Assembly (NCBI GenBank): GCA_021739625.1
Contig: JAIPBJ010000006.1
Span: 5,334 to 69,333 of the forward strand
Direction of reading: 5' to 3'
From: Flavobacteriales bacterium
GTDB lineage: Bacteria; Bacteroidota; Bacteroidia; UBA10329
Length of the DNA: 64,000 nt
Shown piece after piece: positions 59,541-64,000 of this stretch. Within the stretch, counting starts at the first letter, position 1. Every line of letters starts with the position of its first letter. The translations under genes and the position numbers were made by a program. The notes below the pieces were generated by a model, which had not been told where the DNA came from, made no database searches, and worked only from the letters and a program-made list of their open reading frames with translations.

Positions 59541-59616
59541 CGAGGTTCCGAGTTCAAAGTTTAAGGTTCGAGAGCGAGTCAACTTTGAACCTTGAACTCT
59601 GAACCTTGAACTACTT
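59541..59616. repeat. Palindromic TTGAACC-heptad repeat element in a convergent intergenic gap (likely bidirectional terminator)
   Basis: GTTCGAGGTTCCGAGTTCAAAGTT...AACTTTGAACCTTGAACTCTGAACCTTGAAC: inverted copies of the GTTCAAAGTT / AACTTTGAAC motif able to form a long hairpin between two convergent genes. Confidence 0.6.
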
Positions 59617-60111
59617 TTTAAAAAGCGGAACGGTGCTGCACGCCTCGCCATACATCAGACTTTTCACCACTGGGCGCAGGCGCGACACGAACTCCACGTA
59701 GGCTGAAGTTGGCACGGGATACTTGCTGCATCCTTTCACTATGACACGTCCGTCACGGAACTGCTCAAGGTCGAGTGCCGCCAATGCTTCCTGAAAAAGC
59801 ACGGTCTCCAAAGTCTCGCTGCTGCCCATCACCACGCGCTTGGCGACTGGCTCCAAATAGGTGGCGGCCAGCATGAACGCCCATTGCGGCACTATGGCAT
59901 CGGCCGAGCATTGGATATGGACGAAATGCCCTGCATACTGCGACCAATCCAAGTCCATCAACCGCTGGCGGTAGTCTTTCTCCCGCAGAATCAATCCTTC
60001 AAACAGAAAGTCCACCAGATCGAAAGCAGAGCGTGGCCCCACCTGATAGAGGTCTTCCAGATTGAAGGTGATGAGGCTGCTTTCGGCTACCTTGTTGCGG
60101 ATTTCTTCCAT
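59611..60111 (-). CDS. Conserved hypothetical protein (DUF2480-like), probable ATG start at 60111
   Basis: ORF with normal codon usage. The ORF-track start at 60141 is a TTG lying inside a repeat element, so the first ATG (MEEIRNKVAE...) is preferred. Confidence 0.5.
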   Translation of the reverse strand: MEEIRNKVAESSLITFNLEDLYQVGPRSAFDLVDFLFEGLILREKDYRQRLMDLDWSQYAGHFVHIQCSADAIVPQWAFMLAATYLEPVAKRVVMGSSETLETVLFQEALAALDLEQFRDGRVIVKGCSKYPVPTSAYVEFVSRLRPVVKSLMYGEACSTVPLFKK

Positions 60112-60120
60112 ATTGATAAA

Positions 60121-60152
60121 GGGACGAGGGACGAAGGACAAGGGACGAGAGG
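60121..60152. repeat. 31-nt GGGACGA-heptad element, copy A (GGGACGAGGGACGAAGGACAAGGGACGAGAGG)
   Basis: Near-identical (one mismatch) to copy B at 63242-63273. Confidence 0.85.
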
Positions 60153-60204
60153 CTTATACCTCATCAGCCCAACTTTGAACCTTGAACATTAAACTTTGAA
60201 CCCT

Positions 60205-60531
60205 TTACATAAAACCAAGTTCCAACAGTGCCGCCTCACTCATCATGTCCTTGTCCCATGGCGGGTCGAAGGTCAGTTGCACCTTGCCGGAAGTAATGCC
60301 AGGAACAGCCCGTACTTTCTCTTCCACTTCCTGCGGCATGCTTTCGGCCACTGGGCACGAAGGCGATGTGAGGGTCATCAGCACCTTGGCGTTCAGTTCA
60401 TCATCCACTTTCACTTCATAGATGAGGCCCAGCTCGTAGATGTCCACAGGAATCTCCGGGTCATAGACCGTGCGCAGCACATCAATGATGCGCTCTTCCA
60501 GTTTCTTGCGTTCTTCAGTCGTGGCGTTCAT
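60205..60531 (-). CDS. sufT: Fe-S assembly DUF59/MIP18-family protein (SufT-like)
   Basis: DUF59 pattern DPEIPVDIYELGLIYEV...LTSPSCPVAE; suf operon context. Confidence 0.75.
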   Translation of the reverse strand: MNATTEERKKLEERIIDVLRTVYDPEIPVDIYELGLIYEVKVDDELNAKVLMTLTSPSCPVAESMPQEVEEKVRAVPGITSGKVQLTFDPPWDKDMMSEAALLELGFM

Positions 60532-60974
60532 TGTCCGTTGTGTTGGGCCTTGAAGGCCAATGCATACAGTTTCATCTGTTTGATCATGCTCACCAGTCCG
60601 TTGGAGCGGGTGGGCGATAGATGTTCTTTCAATCCGATGCGCTCCACAAAGGTGAGTTCGGTGTTGATGATGGACTCTGGGCTTTGGCCCGAAAGCACAC
60701 GGATCAACAGGCTTATCACGCCTTTGGTGATGATGGCATCGCTATCTGCGGTGAACACCACTTTGCCGTTCTCCATCTTGGCGTGCAGCCACACACGGCT
60801 CTGACAGCCCTTGATGAGAAGGTCGTCAGTTTTCTTGCTTTCCTCAATGAGCGGCAGTTCTTTTCCGAGCGAAATGATGTATTCGTACTTGTCCATCCAA
60901 TCGGTGAACATGCCGAATTCCTCAACTACTTCTGCCTCGCGGTCTGCTATTGTGTTTTCCAATGTCGTGTTCAC
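60528..60974 (-). CDS. sufE: Cysteine desulfuration protein SufE
   Basis: SufE motif with the active Cys in LIKGCQSRVWL. Confidence 0.85.
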   Translation of the reverse strand: MNTTLENTIADREAEVVEEFGMFTDWMDKYEYIISLGKELPLIEESKKTDDLLIKGCQSRVWLHAKMENGKVVFTADSDAIITKGVISLLIRVLSGQSPESIINTELTFVERIGLKEHLSPTRSNGLVSMIKQMKLYALAFKAQHNGQ

Positions 60975-60985
60975 TTTTCCCGTTC

Positions 60986-62218
60986 TTATTTGAACATTCT
61001 CACTACCCGTTCCAATCCTTCCGCCAATTTATCTACTTCTTGCTTGGTGGTATAGACCGCAAATGACGCCCTTACAGTGCCTGGGATCCCGAACCGGTCC
61101 ATTATAGGTTGTGTGCAATGATGCCCTGTGCGCACGGCTATTCCCATCTTGTCCAGAATCACCCCAGCGTCATAAGGATGAATGCCATCCAACAGAAAGG
61201 ACACCACGCCTGCACGCTTCTTAGCCGTGCCGATCTGCCGTAGCCCTGAAATGGTGCCGAGGGTAGAAATGGCGTATTGCATCACCTCTTTCTCATGTGC
61301 CGAAATGGCTTCGAAACCGATACTGTTGATGAAGTCGATGGCCGCTCCAAGTCCTATGCCACCTGCGATGTGGGGCGTTCCTGCTTCGAACTTGAAGGGC
61401 AGTTCATTGTACTCCGTTTTGGCGAAGCTCACCGTCTTTATCATGTCGCCACCGCCTTGGTAGGGCGGCATGGCGTTGAGGTATTCTTCTTTTCCGTAGA
61501 GAATTCCAACACCTGTCGGGCCATACATCTTGTGGGCGGAGAAGGCATAGAAATCGCAGTCCAACGCCTGCACATCAACGGGTGTGTGATGCGCAGCCTG
61601 AGCTCCATCAATCAATACAGGCGTTCCATTTGCGTGGGCCATTCGGATGATCTCGCTCACAGGATTTACCGTTCCCAACGAATTGGAGATATGAACCACA
61701 GAGACCAGTTTGGTCTTGGCCGTCAGCAACCGCTCCACATCCTTGAGGTCAATTTCACCTTCGTCAGAAATTGGGATCACTTGCAGTTTCGCGCCTTTGC
61801 GCTCGCAAAGCATCTGCCAAGGCACAATGTTGCTATGGTGCTCCATGGCCGTGATGAGGATCTCATCATCCTTGCCGATGAATTTCTCACCGAAAGAACT
61901 TGCCACGAGATTGATGCCGCCTGTGGTTCCACTGGTGAAAATGACCTCGTGGTCGTACCTGGCGTTGATAAAGCGCTGCACTTTCTTCCGCACCTCTTCA
62001 TACGCCATCGTTGCATTGGCACTCAGCGTGTGCACTCCACGATGGATATTGCTGTTCTCAGCCTCATAGTAGCGCGATATGGCATCGATCACCGACTGCG
62101 GTTTCTGTGAACTGGCACCATTGTCCAAATAGACCAACGGCTTGCCATTCACCTCTGTGTGGAGGATGGGAAACTTAGCGCGCAGGGCTGTGATGTCTAT
62201 TTTGGTATCGATAATCAT
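60986..62218 (-). CDS. sufS: Cysteine desulfurase SufS (class V aminotransferase, group II)
   Basis: PLP-lysine motif SAHKMYGPTGVG, catalytic-Cys loop RTGHHCTQP, N-terminal LDNGASSQ. Confidence 0.9.
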   Translation of the reverse strand: MIIDTKIDITALRAKFPILHTEVNGKPLVYLDNGASSQKPQSVIDAISRYYEAENSNIHRGVHTLSANATMAYEEVRKKVQRFINARYDHEVIFTSGTTGGINLVASSFGEKFIGKDDEILITAMEHHSNIVPWQMLCERKGAKLQVIPISDEGEIDLKDVERLLTAKTKLVSVVHISNSLGTVNPVSEIIRMAHANGTPVLIDGAQAAHHTPVDVQALDCDFYAFSAHKMYGPTGVGILYGKEEYLNAMPPYQGGGDMIKTVSFAKTEYNELPFKFEAGTPHIAGGIGLGAAIDFINSIGFEAISAHEKEVMQYAISTLGTISGLRQIGTAKKRAGVVSFLLDGIHPYDAGVILDKMGIAVRTGHHCTQPIMDRFGIPGTVRASFAVYTTKQEVDKLAEGLERVVRMFK

Positions 62219-63475
62219 CTATTCCATTCCGGATAAACGTGATTGGATCTTTTCTTCTAATACCGCCCGAAGGCCCTCATCACTCACTTGCACCAACACA
62301 TCTGAGGCAAATGCAGTCAGCAACAACGCAATCGCTCCTTTGTGCGAAAGTCCACGCGAACGGAGGTAGAACACCGCGTCTTCGTCCAACTGCCCCGTTG
62401 TGCTGCCGTGGCTGCATTTCACATCATCGGCATAGATCTCCAACTCTGGTTTGGAGTTCATGGTGGCGGTGTCGCTCAGCAGGATGTTCTTGTTCTGCTG
62501 ATAGGCATTGGTCTTCTGAGCATCGCGGTGCACATGCACTTTGCCGTTGAACACACCAGTTGCTTTTCCAGAGAGAAGACCCTTGTAAACCTCATTGCTC
62601 TGGCAGTTCGGCACAAGATGATCCACCAGCGTATGGTTGTCATACAGGTCGTTACCATCGATCATATAGAACCCATTGAGGTGTGCCTCGGCATTCTGAC
62701 CAGTAATGCGCACGTTGGTGTTGTTGCGGATCAATTTTCCGCTCAATTGCACCGTATTGGTGGTGAAACGGCCATCGCGTTCTACATTCACTTCGGTGGT
62801 GTTCACCAGATTTCCAGTGCCTATTTCTTGCAGAAAATTCAGTTCCAACGAAGCATTAGCACCGATGAAAGCCTCTGTGACATGATTCACCAATGAGCTG
62901 TCAGAAATGGCTGTCCCATGGAAATGATGCACGCAATTCAGCTTAGCGCCATCTTCCAGTACAATGAGGATGCGTGAATTGAAAAGCTCTGATCCAGTGG
63001 CACTGACACTATGGTCGATGAGCAGTGATTGCGCGAGTTGTGCGTTCTTTTTCACTTGGATGATCAGCACATCTGTGAACAGGACTGTGTTCAACGCGGC
63101 CAATTCCTGCTTGCCATGAATACCGCTCTTTCCAATGAATCGATTCAACTCACCTGCATCAGAAAACAGACTGAACGTCACGCCATCCAGCGTTGGGAAA
63201 TTCTTGCTGACCGAAGAATTCGTGAGCTGAACTGCTGGACTGGGGACGAGGGACGAAGGACGAGGGACGAGAGTTTCAGCCGATGAAGAAGATGCCAACC
63301 CGTTATCAAAGAGCCGCTTGATGTTGGTGTATTTCCAATCCTCATGACGCTTGCTCGGAATTCCTTTCTCACGGAGAAACGATGCCGCTTCCTCTCGAAT
63401 GGCAAAAAGGCTGTCTGAGGGCATGGCCTCAAGCAGATGCCCAAGAACTTCAGTAGTCTCTTTCAGAATACTCAT
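62219..63475 (-). CDS. sufD: Fe-S cluster assembly protein SufD, carrying an in-frame insertion derived from the GGGACGA repeat element
   Basis: SufD N-terminal EDWKYTNI motif and C-terminal beta-helix core; overlaps the sufC stop by 4 nt. Confidence 0.85.
   Translation of the reverse strand: MSILKETTEVLGHLLEAMPSDSLFAIREEAASFLREKGIPSKRHEDWKYTNIKRLFDNGLASSSSAETLVPRPSSLVPSPAVQLTNSSVSKNFPTLDGVTFSLFSDAGELNRFIGKSGIHGKQELAALNTVLFTDVLIIQVKKNAQLAQSLLIDHSVSATGSELFNSRILIVLEDGAKLNCVHHFHGTAISDSSLVNHVTEAFIGANASLELNFLQEIGTGNLVNTTEVNVERDGRFTTNTVQLSGKLIRNNTNVRITGQNAEAHLNGFYMIDGNDLYDNHTLVDHLVPNCQSNEVYKGLLSGKATGVFNGKVHVHRDAQKTNAYQQNKNILLSDTATMNSKPELEIYADDVKCSHGSTTGQLDEDAVFYLRSRGLSHKGAIALLLTAFASDVLVQVSDEGLRAVLEEKIQSRLSGME
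63242..63273. repeat. 31-nt GGGACGA-heptad element, copy B (GGGACGAGGGACGAAGGACGAGGGACGAGAG), inside the sufD coding sequence
   Basis: One mismatch relative to copy A; encodes ..[13 protein letters not shown].. in the SufD N-terminal domain. Confidence 0.85.
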
Positions 63476-64000
63476 GCCGCTGTTTCTTCCAATTCGGCCT
63501 TGATCCAGTCGTAGCCTTTCTCCTCCAACTCCAAGGCCAGTTCTTTTGTTCCTGATTTCACGATGCGACCGTTGTAGAGCACATGCACGAAGTCGGGAAC
63601 GATGTAGTCCAACAGCCTCTGATAGTGCGTGATGACAATGAACGCTTTGTCTTTGCTGCGCAGCTTGTTCACGCCATTGGCAACGATGCGCAGCGCATCA
63701 ATATCAAGTCCCGAATCGGTCTCGTCAAGGATGGCCAGTTTGGGGTCGAGCATCGCCATTTGGAAAATCTCGTTACGCTTTTTCTCTCCGCCCGAAAATC
63801 CTTCATTCACCGCACGGCCAGCAAGGTCAGCGGTCAGTTCCACCATCTCCTTCTTCTCCTTGATGTAAGCGAGGAATGCCTTGGCATCCAGCTCTGGCAG
63901 ACCGCGGTGCTTGCGCACTTCGCCCAACGCGGCACGTAGGAAATTGGTGTTGCTAACCCCTGGAATTTCCACTGGATATTGGAACGCGAGGAAAACACCT
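63472..64000 (-). CDS. sufC: Fe-S cluster assembly ATPase SufC, 5'-truncated by the window end
   Basis: ABC ATPase C-terminal motifs (signature [10 protein letters not shown], Walker [14 protein letters not shown]-loop ITHY); ORF remains open to nt 64000. Confidence 0.85.
   Translation of the reverse strand, partial: GVFLAFQYPVEIPGVSNTNFLRAALGEVRKHRGLPELDAKAFLAYIKEKKEMVELTADLAGRAVNEGFSGGEKKRNEIFQMAMLDPKLAILDETDSGLDIDALRIVANGVNKLRSKDKAFIVITHYQRLLDYIVPDFVHVLYNGRIVKSGTKELALELEEKGYDWIKAELEETAA

Noticed and set aside
60141-60141. ORF-track start of the DUF2480-like gene at 60141
   Set aside because: That codon is TTG and lies within the GGGACGA repeat element; the first in-frame ATG at 60111 is preferred.

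Overview
This looks like a chromosomal segment from a Bacteroidota-type genome, roughly 55-58% GC by eye, running from conserved housekeeping genes into several accessory stretches. The taxon call rests on three secreted proteins with type IX secretion (T9SS) C-terminal sorting domains (two type-A, one gliding-motility type-B), Bacteroidetes-style TAnnTTTG promoter elements, ECF sigma factors and TonB-dependent outer-membrane genes. Housekeeping genes are rpsA (5' partial), pyrR-pyrB, prmC, rluA-family, skp, plsC, rsmG, tgt, pyrG, yidC, rlmD, an MsbA-like ABC exporter and a suf operon (sufC partial-sufD-sufS-sufE-sufT). Adaptive modules are an arsenic operon arsR-arsI-arsC-acr3 (arsI = C-As lyase) and a complete Sec-type (clade II) nitrous-oxide reductase cluster: Rrf2 regulator, NnrS-like membrane protein, cytochrome c, fasciclin, nosZ, nosB-like, nosL, nosD, nosF, nosY. 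The strongest accessory candidate is a lower-GC islet at ~52.4-56.1 kb. It carries an AAA_21-type ABC ATPase translationally coupled to a small TOPRIM-like protein (a split OLD/PARIS/AbiL-like two-gene anti-phage architecture), flanked by a hypothetical Cys-rich protein, a lipoprotein, and an 11-copy 21-bp tandem array in the divergent promoter region. Three independent intergenic arrays of 21-bp tandem repeats (8-12 copies each, different unit sequences) occur in the window. Other structure includes a 31-nt GGGACGA-heptad element present twice (one copy in-frame inside sufD), a recurring TTGAACC-heptad intergenic motif, a 640-nt non-coding gap, and a low-GC small-ORF plus terminator locus. 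No rRNA, tRNA or CRISPR array was recognised. All protein identifications come from motif recognition in the supplied translations, not database searches.
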